The notes beneath the pieces are model-generated. The model ran no database searches. It saw only the letters and a program-made list of their open reading frames with translations, and was not told the DNA's origin. This document shows positions 45,814-56,480 of a DNA stretch of 61,766 nt, piece by piece. Origin of the DNA: an uncultured bacterium (GTDB taxonomy: Bacteria > Fidelibacterota > Marinisomatia > SCGC-AAA003-L08 > JACNLC01). Both the position numbers and the translations under genes were made by a program. The stretch spans positions 1-61,766 of the forward strand of contig CAZSJY010000002.1 in the NCBI GenBank assembly GCA_964607375.1. Reading direction: 5' to 3'. How positions within the stretch are numbered: the first letter of the stretch is position 1; each line of letters starts with the position of its first letter.

Positions 45814-48213
45814 ATGGTAGATAAAAAAGTTAACCAGGAAGTTGAAAAAGAAAAAAAGACAAGTCAAACTTCCGTAACCCCCTCAGCTATACAGGAAAAG
45901 GCTTCACTTACAGCAGAGGAAACTAAACCAAAAACAAAGAAAGCCGTAGTTAAAAAGACTGCAACAAAGAAGAAAACAACAAAATCTTCTTCAAGCACAA
46001 AAAAAGCTACAACAAAAAAAACAACAGCAACAAAAAAGAAAACTGAAACAAAAACAGTAAAAAAAGCCTCAACAACTAAGAAGAAAACTGATACTTCTAA
46101 AAGTACTAAGAAGGCTACTACTAAGAAAACTACAAAAAAAGAATCACCAACAAAACCTAAAAAGGTTGAGGTTGAAAAAGTGATAAAAGAAGAAACAAAA
46201 TCTATTGAGGAAGAAGTTCCTGAAACAGTCGAGGTAGATACTAAACGTGAAGTTAAAGTTGAAGACGTTAAGGAAATTGTAAAAGCTGAAGAAGTTAAGG
46301 TAGAAGCAATTCCAAAAACTTCAGAAGAAGATAAAGCAGAAGTAATTGAAGAAATTGCAGAAATAAAAGAAGAAACAAAAATTTCTCAACCTCTTCCTGA
46401 ACCTGAATTAATTGATTATCTTGATTCTGATGTACTTAAAATTAAAGAAGTTACTGCAGAAGAATTAGAACAATATAGTGAAGAAGATGAAATCACTATT
46501 GATTCTGAATTGGAACAACAATATAGTGACACACTTTCACAAGTAAAAGAAAATGAGATTTGTGTTGGTCGTGTTGTAAATATTACTGATAGAGACATTT
46601 TTATTGATATCAATTTTAAATCTGAAGGTATTGTAAGTAAATCAGAGTTTTCTGAATTACCAGAAATTGGAGACGAAGTGGATGTCTATGTTGTTAACTT
46701 TGAGAACAACAGAGGGCAATTTATTCTATCTAAAGAAAAAGCAGATTTCATAAAAAGATGGAATGAAATTAAAATTTCTTATGAAAATGGCGAAATAATT
46801 ACAGGTGTTATTCAAAGACGAATCAAAGGTGGCATGGTAGTAGATCTTGGGGATATATTTGCTTTCCTCCCTGGTTCTCAGATTGATGTAAGACCTGTTT
46901 CCGATTTTGATGAACATGTTGGACAGGAGTATGAATTTAAAGTAGTAAAGTTTAATGAGCTTCGCAGAAATATTGTATTGTCACGAAAAGCACTACTTGA
47001 AACTGATCTTAAAGAAAAACGACAAGATATTATTTCTCAACTTGAAGTAGGAATGATTTTGGAAGGTACTGTAAAAAATCTTACAGATTTTGGTGCTTTT
47101 GTAGATCTTGGTGGTATTGATGGGCTTCTTCATATAACAGATATTACTTGGGGAAGAATTAATCATCCATCTGAAGCAATTACTATTGATGAAGTAGTCA
47201 AAGTCAAAGTTATTGATTTTGATGTTGAAAAAACACGAGTTTCACTCGGTATGAAACAATTAGAACCTGAACCTTGGGAAAATGCTGAAGAGAAATATCC
47301 TATCGGGCAGACAGTTTCAGGCAAAATTGTTAATATGATGAACTACGGTGTTTTCATTGAGTTGGAGAAAGGTGTTGAAGGACTAATACATGTTTCTGAA
47401 ATGTCTTGGACTCGACATATAAAACATCCTAATGAACTTTTCAAATTGGGTGATTCAGTTGAAGCTAAAATATTAGATATTGATATCACAGAAAGAAAAA
47501 TTTCATTGGGTATCAAACAACTTCAAGAAAATCCGTGGGAAAATATAGAAACTAAATACCCTATTGGTTCAATCCATAAAGGTATAGTTCGTAATTTAAC
47601 TCAGTTTGGAGCTTTTGTTGAGTTAGAAGAAGGTGTTGATGGATTAGTGCATATTTCTGACATGTCTTGGATTTTGAATGTGTATCATCCAAAAGAGGTT
47701 GTTAAACGTGGGCAGGAAATTGATGTAAAGGTGTTAGATGCATCTGGTGAAAATCGTCGTTTAGCATTAGGGATAAAGCAAGTGCAAGAAGATCCATGGC
47801 CTGAATTAAAAACTATTTACACTTCTGGCAAAACCGTATCTGGTGAAATTATTCGTGTTCTTGACAAAGGAATTATATTTAAATTGGAAAATGATCTTGA
47901 GGGTATCGTTCCGATGAAGAATCTTGCTAAACACGAACGTAGAAAACAGAAAGATAAATTCAAACAAGGAACTGTTCAAGAGGCAATTGTTCAAGAAATC
48001 GATCGTGAAGCTAAGAAAGTAATTTTGATGATGGATTGGGGCGAAGATGTTGAAAATACTACAATAGAAGAGAAAAAACAACGAAAAAAGAAAAAAGAGA
48101 AAGTTCCAGTAAAACAAACTTCAACCAGCGATAAACTGGAGATTCCACAACAGATTATTGAGAGTATTGCAAAAAGCGAAGCGGAAAGCAAATCTCCTGA
48201 AACAGGAGAGTAA
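45814..48213 (+). CDS. rpsA: 30S ribosomal protein S1 with a roughly 235-aa Lys/Thr-rich then acidic N-terminal extension
   Basis: Six S1 (OB) repeats follow residue about 240 (for example GMILEGTVKNLTDFGAFVDLGGIDGLLHITD). The N-terminus is KKTT low-complexity sequence. Confidence 0.85.
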   Translation: MVDKKVNQEVEKEKKTSQTSVTPSAIQEKASLTAEETKPKTKKAVVKKTATKKKTTKSSSSTKKATTKKTTATKKKTETKTVKKASTTKKKTDTSKSTKKATTKKTTKKESPTKPKKVEVEKVIKEETKSIEEEVPETVEVDTKREVKVEDVKEIVKAEEVKVEAIPKTSEEDKAEVIEEIAEIKEETKISQPLPEPELIDYLDSDVLKIKEVTAEELEQYSEEDEITIDSELEQQYSDTLSQVKENEICVGRVVNITDRDIFIDINFKSEGIVSKSEFSELPEIGDEVDVYVVNFENNRGQFILSKEKADFIKRWNEIKISYENGEIITGVIQRRIKGGMVVDLGDIFAFLPGSQIDVRPVSDFDEHVGQEYEFKVVKFNELRRNIVLSRKALLETDLKEKRQDIISQLEVGMILEGTVKNLTDFGAFVDLGGIDGLLHITDITWGRINHPSEAITIDEVVKVKVIDFDVEKTRVSLGMKQLEPEPWENAEEKYPIGQTVSGKIVNMMNYGVFIELEKGVEGLIHVSEMSWTRHIKHPNELFKLGDSVEAKILDIDITERKISLGIKQLQENPWENIETKYPIGSIHKGIVRNLTQFGAFVELEEGVDGLVHISDMSWILNVYHPKEVVKRGQEIDVKVLDASGENRRLALGIKQVQEDPWPELKTIYTSGKTVSGEIIRVLDKGIIFKLENDLEGIVPMKNLAKHERRKQKDKFKQGTVQEAIVQEIDREAKKVILMMDWGEDVENTTIEEKKQRKKKKEKVPVKQTSTSDKLEIPQQIIESIAKSEAESKSPETGE

Positions 48214-48232
48214 ATAGTAGGAATGACAATAG

Positions 48233-48272
48233 AAAATGGGGTCGGAAATTCAATTTTCGATCCCATTTTGTT
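48233..48272 (+). terminator. Rho-independent terminator of rpsA
   Basis: A long hairpin AAAATGGGGTCGGAAAT-TCA-ATTTTCGATCCCATTTT (with G-U pairs) is followed by a T-rich run. Confidence 0.75.
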
Positions 48273-48290
48273 ATTGAGAACAACAATATC

Positions 48291-49304
48291 ATGACTGTAC
48301 TAGGAATTGAAACATCATGCGATGAAACTTCAGCTGCCATAATTCAGGATGGTAGATTGTTGAGTAATGTTGTTCTTACACAAGAAATTCATAGGAAATA
48401 TGGTGGTGTCGTTCCTGAATTAGCTTCTCGGGAACATGAACAACAAGTTATTTCAATTATCGATATTGCAATTAACCGAGCTGAAATAACAAAAACAGAT
48501 TTAGAAGCTGTTGCAGTTACTTATGGGGCAGGATTGTTTGGAGCATTACTAGTTGGACTAAATGTAGCCAAAGGAATTGCAATAGGACTAGGAATTCCAT
48601 TTTTAGGAGTTAATCATATGGAAGGTCATCTATTTGCAAATCTTATAGATAATCCAGATTTCGATTATCCGTTTCTTTGCTTGTTAGTATCCGGTGGGCA
48701 TACACAAATTTGGAAAGTTGAAAAGTTTGGAGATTATGATCTAATCGGGCAAACAAGAGATGATGCTGCTGGTGAAGCTTTTGACAAAGGTGCTAGAATT
48801 TTAGGATTAAATTATCCGGGTGGTCCTGAAATTGAAAAAAAAGCTCTTAACGGAGATCCTGATTCATATAAGTTTACAATTCCTAATGTGAAAGCGTCTG
48901 AGTTTGATTTTTCATTTAGTGGACTCAAAACAGCCTTGTTATATACAGTTAGAAAAATACAAGAAAATAAATTGGAAAACCAAATTTCTAACTTATGTGC
49001 AAGTTTTCAAGAAATAATTGTTGATACTTTACTCAATAAATTAGAAAAATCTATAAGCTATACAGGATTATCAAAAATAGCTGTTGCTGGAGGTGTTGCT
49101 GCTAATAAAAGATTTAGAAAAAAAGCTCAAATTCTGGAACAAAAACTTGATGTAAACATTTACTTCCCTGATTTAAAATTTTGTACGGATAACGCAGCTA
49201 TGATTGCAATGGCAGGATATGAAAGATTGAAAAAGGGGGAAATATCTTCTCTAGATTTGCTTGCAGTTCCAAATCTTATGCTGGATTCAATTCAAAATGA
49301 CTAA
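48291..49304 (+). CDS. tsaD: tRNA N6-adenosine threonylcarbamoyltransferase
   Basis: The motifs LGIETSCDETS, VNHMEGH, LLVSGGHT and GLNYPGGP are present. Confidence 0.9.
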   Translation: MTVLGIETSCDETSAAIIQDGRLLSNVVLTQEIHRKYGGVVPELASREHEQQVISIIDIAINRAEITKTDLEAVAVTYGAGLFGALLVGLNVAKGIAIGLGIPFLGVNHMEGHLFANLIDNPDFDYPFLCLLVSGGHTQIWKVEKFGDYDLIGQTRDDAAGEAFDKGARILGLNYPGGPEIEKKALNGDPDSYKFTIPNVKASEFDFSFSGLKTALLYTVRKIQENKLENQISNLCASFQEIIVDTLLNKLEKSISYTGLSKIAVAGGVAANKRFRKKAQILEQKLDVNIYFPDLKFCTDNAAMIAMAGYERLKKGEISSLDLLAVPNLMLDSIQND

Positions 49305-51375
49305 TTTCAGATTATTAGGTTCACCTGTTGTTGCTATTTTTTGTGTAATTATTTTCATTATTTTAATTGTTCGGTACTGGAAATCAGTAAAGCAAAAACC
49401 TAATACCTGGAGAAATTTACTCGTATTCTTAAGAAGCACTACACTTCTCGGACTTCTAATTTTAGTTCTCGATCCTTTACTAAGTTTGGAATCATCTAAA
49501 CTCGAGTTACCTTCAGTATCAGTATTTTATGATGTTTCACAGAGTATGAAACATCACTTAAAAGAAAATAATATCAATTATTCAAAAGTTCAACAAAATG
49601 TTTCCAATTGGATTAATGAAAATAATCTGAATGCTAAATATTATTATTTTGGAGAGGAAATTCGTAAGAACTCATCTGAGCCGGACTTTTCTGTAAATGA
49701 CAAATATAGTGATTTTACTGAATTACCAGATATTGTTTCACTAAATAATGCTAAAATTAATTTATTATTTTCTGATGGTATTTCTACTAATGGTATTGAT
49801 TTAAATTCGATTAATTTTAGTAAACAATATCCAATTTATACAATTGGTTTTGGAAGTTTAGTAGCAGAGAATGATGTTAGTATTGAAAATGTTGAATATC
49901 CTCGTTCAATTATGAAGGGTGATTCAGTATCTTTTACCATTTCCATAAAAGCAACAATAGAGGAAGAGTTACCAATTCAAATATTACTTTTCAATAATGA
50001 AGATAAAATTATTCACTCAACTCAAAAAACTATTCTCAAAGGAAGTAGCTATGTAGATGTAACATTGGATCTAAACTCAATAAATTTAACAGAACAAATG
50101 AGGTTTAAAATCATCTCTAATCTAAAAGAAAATATGAGTGAAAGTAAAGATTGGTCTATAAATTTGAATATTCTCTCAAGTAAAAATACTGTATTTTTAG
50201 TTTCTGGTTCATTATCACCCAATACAACCTTTATTAAAGATGTTCTCAAACATCTTCCACAAACTGAGATAAACCATGCATACAGGAAAAATACTGGAAA
50301 TTGGGATGCTAATCTAACAGAGATGCTCAAACAGAATCCCGAGTTTATTGTATTAGATGATTTTCCAAATCGATATCTTGATAATACTAAATTTGATGAA
50401 ATAATGTCGTACTCGGAACACAATGGAATTTCAGTTTTGTATTTTGAAGGTCCTAATTCAAATTCTCAATCTGCAACATTGATTTCTGGATATTTAGGAA
50501 CCTTAGCAACTACACAAAGAAAGCCAGTTTTACTACCATTGGAAGCTGGTGATACTCCACCAACTCTATTATCAAACTTATCAGAAGTTGCATTATTCCC
50601 ACCACAGCGAAAAATTCACAACTGGACTGCTCAGAAAAATGTTGGATATCCTATTATTCAATATTCTGATTTGAGTTTAGCAGTTTATCAAATCCAAGAT
50701 AAGACTCATTTTATCACAGGAATATTTATGCCAGAATTGGCTGCAACTCATTTCAAACTTAGTTCAACAAAGCAAGAGAATAAACTATATGAATTATGTT
50801 ATGATATATTTTTATCCGAGTTAATTTCTGAAGATAAATACACAAATTTCACTACTAATAAACCATATTATTTTTTGGGAGATCCAATTGAAATTGATGC
50901 TTTACTAAATCCACATTTATCTAAAGAACCAAAAGAGATGAACATCGTAGTATCTCACAGCAGTGATACAAAAAAAACACGCATTCCACTTCTATATAAT
51001 AATGAAACTAAATCTTTCACTTGTGAATTTATACCTACGAAACCAGGAAATTTAGAATTTTTCACAGAAACAAAATGGGAGAATAATCTAACTTCAAATA
51101 GCAAAACTCAAGAGATTATCGTTCAAACTATTCATACTGAATTGAGGAATTTAGTACAAAATAAAACTGGTTTGCTAAGAATTGCTGAAACAACAGGTGG
51201 AGAGTATAATAACATTAATGAATTGGATTCTTTCTTAAATCATCTTAAAATATCACCTTTGGAAAAACATAACGATTATCATTTAAGCTCTATTTCCTTT
51301 TATCGTTATTGGTGGATATTTATTGTGTTGTTTACTGCTGAATGGATAATTAGAAAAAAAATAGGATTACTCTAA
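49297..51375 (+). CDS. Hypothetical membrane-anchored protein with N- and C-terminal TM helices and a possible vWA-like DxSxS motif
   Basis: ATG 49297 overlaps the tsaD stop. It has TM helices at both ends and the motif FYDVSQSM. No firm family was recognised. Confidence 0.4.
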   Translation: MTNFRLLGSPVVAIFCVIIFIILIVRYWKSVKQKPNTWRNLLVFLRSTTLLGLLILVLDPLLSLESSKLELPSVSVFYDVSQSMKHHLKENNINYSKVQQNVSNWINENNLNAKYYYFGEEIRKNSSEPDFSVNDKYSDFTELPDIVSLNNAKINLLFSDGISTNGIDLNSINFSKQYPIYTIGFGSLVAENDVSIENVEYPRSIMKGDSVSFTISIKATIEEELPIQILLFNNEDKIIHSTQKTILKGSSYVDVTLDLNSINLTEQMRFKIISNLKENMSESKDWSINLNILSSKNTVFLVSGSLSPNTTFIKDVLKHLPQTEINHAYRKNTGNWDANLTEMLKQNPEFIVLDDFPNRYLDNTKFDEIMSYSEHNGISVLYFEGPNSNSQSATLISGYLGTLATTQRKPVLLPLEAGDTPPTLLSNLSEVALFPPQRKIHNWTAQKNVGYPIIQYSDLSLAVYQIQDKTHFITGIFMPELAATHFKLSSTKQENKLYELCYDIFLSELISEDKYTNFTTNKPYYFLGDPIEIDALLNPHLSKEPKEMNIVVSHSSDTKKTRIPLLYNNETKSFTCEFIPTKPGNLEFFTETKWENNLTSNSKTQEIIVQTIHTELRNLVQNKTGLLRIAETTGGEYNNINELDSFLNHLKISPLEKHNDYHLSSISFYRYWWIFIVLFTAEWIIRKKIGLL

Positions 51376-51376
51376 A

Positions 51377-52687
51377 GTGAAACATATTACAGTAATTGGA
51401 ACAGGTTATGTCGGACTCGTTGCAGGTACTTGTTTAGCGGATTTTGGTCATCAAGTAAGATGTGTTGATATTGATCAAATCAAAATTGACATGCTAAATT
51501 TAGGGAAAGTTCCAATTTATGAACCGGGATTAGAAGAATTAATCAAAAGAAATCAGAAATCTGAGAGATTACTATTTTCTACAGAAATCGAAAGTTCTGT
51601 AAAAAACGCAGAAGTAATTTTTATTGGAGTTGGAACACCGTCTGATGGTAATGGTGAAGTTGACATGTCACATATTCATTCAGTTGTTGACACTATAGCC
51701 AAAAATCATAATGGATATAAGGTGATAGTTACAAAATCCACAGTTCCACCTGGGACTGCAAAAATGATTCGAGAAAAGCTCTTGAGTTTTGGATGTTCGG
51801 ATGAAAAATTCGATATTGTATCAAATCCGGAATTTTTACGCGAAGGATCTGCAATTGGTGATTTTATGATTCCAGATAGAATTGTAATTGGCGCAAATTC
51901 CGATAAAGCATTCAAAGTGATGCGAGAAGTTTACGGACCATTATTTTTGAGAGAAACTCCAATAGTAGAGACAAATCCAGAAACTGCAGAACTTATTAAA
52001 TATGCTTCTAACGGATTTTTAGCAACTAAAATTTCATTTATCAATGAAATCTCATTAATTTGTGATAAAATTGGTGCAGATATTTACACAGTTTCAAAAG
52101 CAATGGGTTTAGATGGAAGAATTAGTCCAAAATTTCTACACGCAGGACCGGGTTTTGGTGGATCGTGTTTCCCGAAAGATATAGAAGGACTTTATAGCGT
52201 TGCTAAAAAAGCCGGAGTAGAATCTTTGATGACAAAAGCTACAATGGAAACTAATGAACGCCAAAAATTATTAATGGTAGATAAATTTAGAAAATTGATG
52301 GATGGAAATATAAAAGGCAAAAAAGTTGCCGTGCTTGGGCTAACATTTAAACCTAAAACTGATGATATTAGAGAAACACCAGCTCTTGTTATTTTAGAAG
52401 AATTGTTGAAAGATAAGGCAGAAATTATTGCTTATGATCCTGAGGGAATTCCAAATATGAGACAAGAATATCCTAATATAAGTTACAGTTTGTCAATTGA
52501 AGAGACATTGGCAGACGCAGAAGGTGCATTATTAGTAACTGAATGGCATGAATTGCGTTCACTTAATCCTGAACAAGTAAAGCAGTGGATGAAAACACCA
52601 GTATTTTTGGATTGCAGAAATATTTATAGTCCAACAGAGTGGATTGATGCTGGATTTAAATTTGATAATGTTGGGAAACTGAAATGA
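51377..52687 (+). CDS. ugd: UDP-glucose 6-dehydrogenase
   Basis: The Rossmann motif IGTGYVGL, the motif NPEFLREG and the catalytic [10 protein letters not shown] are present. It starts at GTG. Confidence 0.88.
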   Translation: MKHITVIGTGYVGLVAGTCLADFGHQVRCVDIDQIKIDMLNLGKVPIYEPGLEELIKRNQKSERLLFSTEIESSVKNAEVIFIGVGTPSDGNGEVDMSHIHSVVDTIAKNHNGYKVIVTKSTVPPGTAKMIREKLLSFGCSDEKFDIVSNPEFLREGSAIGDFMIPDRIVIGANSDKAFKVMREVYGPLFLRETPIVETNPETAELIKYASNGFLATKISFINEISLICDKIGADIYTVSKAMGLDGRISPKFLHAGPGFGGSCFPKDIEGLYSVAKKAGVESLMTKATMETNERQKLLMVDKFRKLMDGNIKGKKVAVLGLTFKPKTDDIRETPALVILEELLKDKAEIIAYDPEGIPNMRQEYPNISYSLSIEETLADAEGALLVTEWHELRSLNPEQVKQWMKTPVFLDCRNIYSPTEWIDAGFKFDNVGKLK

Positions 52688-53739
52688 AAATTTTAGTTAC
52701 AGGTGGTGCTGGATTTATTGGGGGGAATTTTGTTATCCAGCAGATTATTGAAAAAAATAATACTGTTTTAAATTTTGATAAATTGACTTATGCAGGAAAT
52801 TTAGAAACACTAACTAACATAGAAAATCACGAAAATTATAAGTTTATAAATGGAGATATTTGTGATAAAGATATTGTAAATAAAACAATATCTTCTTTCA
52901 AGCCTGACTCTATTGTACATTTTGCCGCAGAGTCCCATGTTGACCGCTCGATAGATGGACCTTCTGAATTTATTCACACGAATATTGTAGGAACTTCGGT
53001 TTTGTTAGAAGAATCCCTAAATTATCTCCGTTCACTTTCCGATGAGAAAAAGAGGAAATTCCGATTTTTACATGTTTCAACCGATGAGGTATTTGGTTCA
53101 TTGAACAATATTGGATATTTTACTGAAACTACTCCTTATGATCCAAGTTCACCATATTCTGCATCTAAAGCATCCTCTGACCATCTTGTAAGAGCGTGGA
53201 ACAGAACTTATGGATTACCGGTTTTAATTACAAATTGTTCAAACAATTACGGTCCATTTCAATTTCCAGAAAAATTGATACCCTTGATGATTTTAAATTG
53301 TTTAGAAAATAAATCTCTACCAGTTTATGGTACAGGTTCAAATGTTCGTGACTGGTTATTTGTTGAAGATCATTGTGATGCGATTTATTCTGTATTACAA
53401 AATGGAAAAATCGGAGAAACTTATAACATTGGGGGAAATACAGAAAAAACAAATTTGGAAGTTGTTGAAACAATATGTAGAATATTAGATAATATTAAAC
53501 CATCAACTGTAGGCAACTCATACCTTGAATTGATTACATTTGTTTTAGATAGACCTGGTCACGATTTCCGTTATGCAATTGACGCATCTAAAATCAAAAG
53601 AGAATTAGGATGGCAACCAAAAGAATCATTTGATTCTGGCATAAAGAAAACTATTCAATGGTACTTGAAAAATAAAATCTGGTGGCAAAATATACAATCT
53701 AACAAATATAAGCAAGAAAGATTGGGAGTAGATAAATAA
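52684..53739 (+). CDS. rfbB: dTDP-glucose 4,6-dehydratase
   Basis: The motifs [27 protein letters not shown] and YSASKASSD are present. Confidence 0.9.
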   Translation: MKILVTGGAGFIGGNFVIQQIIEKNNTVLNFDKLTYAGNLETLTNIENHENYKFINGDICDKDIVNKTISSFKPDSIVHFAAESHVDRSIDGPSEFIHTNIVGTSVLLEESLNYLRSLSDEKKRKFRFLHVSTDEVFGSLNNIGYFTETTPYDPSSPYSASKASSDHLVRAWNRTYGLPVLITNCSNNYGPFQFPEKLIPLMILNCLENKSLPVYGTGSNVRDWLFVEDHCDAIYSVLQNGKIGETYNIGGNTEKTNLEVVETICRILDNIKPSTVGNSYLELITFVLDRPGHDFRYAIDASKIKRELGWQPKESFDSGIKKTIQWYLKNKIWWQNIQSNKYKQERLGVDK

Positions 53740-54605
53740 TGAAAGGAATTATTTTAGCAGGTGGAGCTGGTACTCGATTGTACCCATTGTCGCTTGTTGC
53801 TAGCAAACAGTTAATGCCGGTATATGACAAACCTATGATTTACTATCCACTCTCTACATTGATGTTGATGGGAATCAAAGAAGTTTTAATCATTTCGACT
53901 CCTGAAGATACTCCAAGATTTAAACAATTACTTGGCGACGGAGTGCGACTTGGAATGAATTTTCAATATGCAATCCAACCTGAACCCAAAGGGATTGCAC
54001 AAGCTTTCATTATCGGTGAAGAGTTTATTGGAGATGATTCAGTTACTTTGATTTTAGGTGATAATCTGTTTTATGGACACGGATATTTAGACAGACTAAA
54101 ATCGAAATTAAACAATTTTGATGGAGCAACTGTTTTTGGATATTGGGTAAATGATCCTGAAAGATATGGTGTAGTAGAATTCGATTCTGAAGGAAAAGTG
54201 ATAAGTATCGAAGAGAAGCCTAACTCGCCGAAGTCCAATTATGCTGTTCCAGGACTGTATATTTACGATAACAAAGTTGTTAGTGTTGCAAAGAGTATTT
54301 CTCCTTCTTCAAGAGGAGAGTTGGAAATTACAGATGTAAATTCCGAATATTTGAATAATGGTAAACTTAATGTTGAAATATTAGGTCGTGGAGTAGCGTG
54401 GTTAGATACTGGAACACATAAGAGTTTAATGGAAGCAGGAGCGTTTATCGAAACAATTGAAGCGCGTCAAGGACTGAAAATTGGCTGTATCGAAGAAATT
54501 GCTCTCTTCCAAAATTTTATTTCCAAAGACGAATTTATTGATTTACTTGAAAATACTCCTGAAAATACTTATAAAGATTATCTTAACAATTTGATGAAAC
54601 GATGA
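53739..54605 (+). CDS. rfbA: Glucose-1-phosphate thymidylyltransferase
   Basis: The motifs [26 protein letters not shown] and ERYGVVEF are present. Confidence 0.9.
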   Translation: MKGIILAGGAGTRLYPLSLVASKQLMPVYDKPMIYYPLSTLMLMGIKEVLIISTPEDTPRFKQLLGDGVRLGMNFQYAIQPEPKGIAQAFIIGEEFIGDDSVTLILGDNLFYGHGYLDRLKSKLNNFDGATVFGYWVNDPERYGVVEFDSEGKVISIEEKPNSPKSNYAVPGLYIYDNKVVSVAKSISPSSRGELEITDVNSEYLNNGKLNVEILGRGVAWLDTGTHKSLMEAGAFIETIEARQGLKIGCIEEIALFQNFISKDEFIDLLENTPENTYKDYLNNLMKR

Positions 54606-55102
54606 AATTTACACCAACTTCAATTTCAGATGTGATTATCATCGAACCGGTTGTTCATAAAGATTCTAGGGGATATTTCATGGAAACCTATCGAAAAGAT
54701 AAATTTCTTGAAGGTGGGATTTCTACTAGATTTGTACAGAATAATCAAGCAATGTCAACTTATGGGGTTTTGAGGGGATTACATTATCAATTAAATTTTC
54801 CTCAGGGCAAACTTATAAGAGTTTTGAAGGGTAAGATTTTTGATGTAGCAGTTGATATTCGAAAAAGCTCTCCGAATTTTGGAAAATGGGTTGGTGAAAT
54901 TCTATCAGATGAAAACAAAAAACAACTGTATATTCCACCTGGTTTTGCACACGGATACTGTGTATTATCTGATCAAACAGAGATTACATATAATTGTTCA
55001 GAAGTATATCGTTCTGAATTTGATAGAGGTATTATTTGGAATGAACAAGAAATTGGGATTAATTGGCCAATTGAAAATCCGATATATCGGACAGAGATTT
55101 GA
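54602..55102 (+). CDS. rfbC: dTDP-4-dehydrorhamnose 3,5-epimerase
   Basis: The motifs [34 protein letters not shown] and GFAHGY are present. Confidence 0.85.
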   Translation: MKFTPTSISDVIIIEPVVHKDSRGYFMETYRKDKFLEGGISTRFVQNNQAMSTYGVLRGLHYQLNFPQGKLIRVLKGKIFDVAVDIRKSSPNFGKWVGEILSDENKKQLYIPPGFAHGYCVLSDQTEITYNCSEVYRSEFDRGIIWNEQEIGINWPIENPIYRTEI

Positions 55103-55151
55103 ATCTACCAAATTTGAGAGATGCTGAAGTATATAAGAAAAAAAGGAAAAA

Positions 55152-56480
55152 ATGATAAATACTATTGAAAAGAAATTTGAATCAAAAAGAGCGATAATAG
55201 GAATTATCGGCTTAGGATATGTTGGATTACCTTTTGCAACAACCTTCACCCAAAAAGGATTTAAAGTGATTGGTTATGATGTTAGTGTGGAAAAAGTTAA
55301 CTCTATAAATAGTGGTGAAAATTATATTGGTGATGTTAATGATGATGTGTTGAAAAATGCAGTGGATGAAGGATTGTTAACTGCTACAACAAAGAAAAAA
55401 GACCTAATCAAGACAGATGTAATTTTTATTTGCGTACCCACACCGATAACAAAAAACAGAGCTCCTAACACACAATATATGATTTCTGCAACAGAGACTG
55501 TCGTTGAGGCGATGAGAAAAGGAAAAATCATAATTTTGAGAAGCACAACATATCCTGGTACAACAGAAGAGTTAGTTTTACCTATTTTAGAGTCAGCAGG
55601 TTATGAGTTGGATAAAGATTTCTATTTAGCCTTTTCTCCTGAAAGAATTGATCCAGGTAATACTACTTGGACTTCTGATACAACTCCAATTGTAGTCGGT
55701 GGAGTATCAAAACAATCGGGTGATTTAGCAGAAATTGTTCTTAAACAAGCATTACCAAATGTTTACAAAGTTTCTAATGCAAAAGTAGCTGAGATGGAAA
55801 AACTTCTCGAAAATATTTTCAGAAGTGTCAATATTGCTCTGATAAATGAAATGGCTCAAATGTGTGACAGAATGGGTGATATTGATATTTGGGAGGTTGT
55901 TGACGCGGCTGCATCAAAACCATTTGGATTTATGCCTTTTAAACCTGGACCAGGAATTGGTGGACATTGTATTTTGGTGGATCCATATTATCTGTCTTGG
56001 CGTGCTAAAGGATTTGATTTCCATTCACAATTCATTGAATTGGCAGCAAAAACTAACGAAGACATGCCTCATTATGTACGTGATTTGATATTGAGGGCTT
56101 TGTCTGAAAATGGGAAAGCAGTAAAAGAAAGTAAAATATTGTTCTTAGGGGTGGCTTTCAAAAAAGGCGTAGATGATATCAGAAATTCTCCTGCAATTAG
56201 AGTAATGGAGTTATTATCAGAAATAGGAGAACCTGAAATAGAATATTCAGATCCATTCGTAGATAAAATTCAATTTAACGGCACACAATTAGTAAACAGA
56301 AGTATTGATTCAAATTCAATATCAGAATATGATTGTGTTGTGATCACTACAGATCACGATGAATTTGATAGAACAATGATTGCTAAGAATGCAAATGTTA
56401 TAGTTGATACAAGAAATACTCTAAGAAATTACAAAATTTTAGGAAGTTATTACATTTTAGGTGGAGGAAAAACAAATTGA
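55152..56480 (+). CDS. Nucleotide-sugar dehydrogenase (UDP-N-acetyl-D-glucosamine / mannosamine dehydrogenase class)
   Basis: The Rossmann motif IGLGYVGLP, the motif SPERIDPG and the catalytic GIGGHCI are present. Confidence 0.75.
   Translation: MINTIEKKFESKRAIIGIIGLGYVGLPFATTFTQKGFKVIGYDVSVEKVNSINSGENYIGDVNDDVLKNAVDEGLLTATTKKKDLIKTDVIFICVPTPITKNRAPNTQYMISATETVVEAMRKGKIIILRSTTYPGTTEELVLPILESAGYELDKDFYLAFSPERIDPGNTTWTSDTTPIVVGGVSKQSGDLAEIVLKQALPNVYKVSNAKVAEMEKLLENIFRSVNIALINEMAQMCDRMGDIDIWEVVDAAASKPFGFMPFKPGPGIGGHCILVDPYYLSWRAKGFDFHSQFIELAAKTNEDMPHYVRDLILRALSENGKAVKESKILFLGVAFKKGVDDIRNSPAIRVMELLSEIGEPEIEYSDPFVDKIQFNGTQLVNRSIDSNSISEYDCVVITTDHDEFDRTMIAKNANVIVDTRNTLRNYKILGSYYILGGGKTN

Noticed and set aside
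45880-46160. Repetitive A-rich DNA (AAAAAGAAAAC..., ACAACAAAAAAA) was considered as a tandem repeat or CRISPR-like array.
   Set aside because: It is in-frame low-complexity coding sequence for the Lys/Thr-rich N-terminus of S1. There is no repeat-spacer periodicity.
54852-55127. A same-strand alternative-frame ORF overlaps the 3' end of rfbC, which raised the question of a frameshifted or truncated rfbC.
   Set aside because: The rfbC frame retains all the conserved blocks I recognise, through [11 protein letters not shown], and ends near the normal length. The alternative frame has no recognisable similarity.
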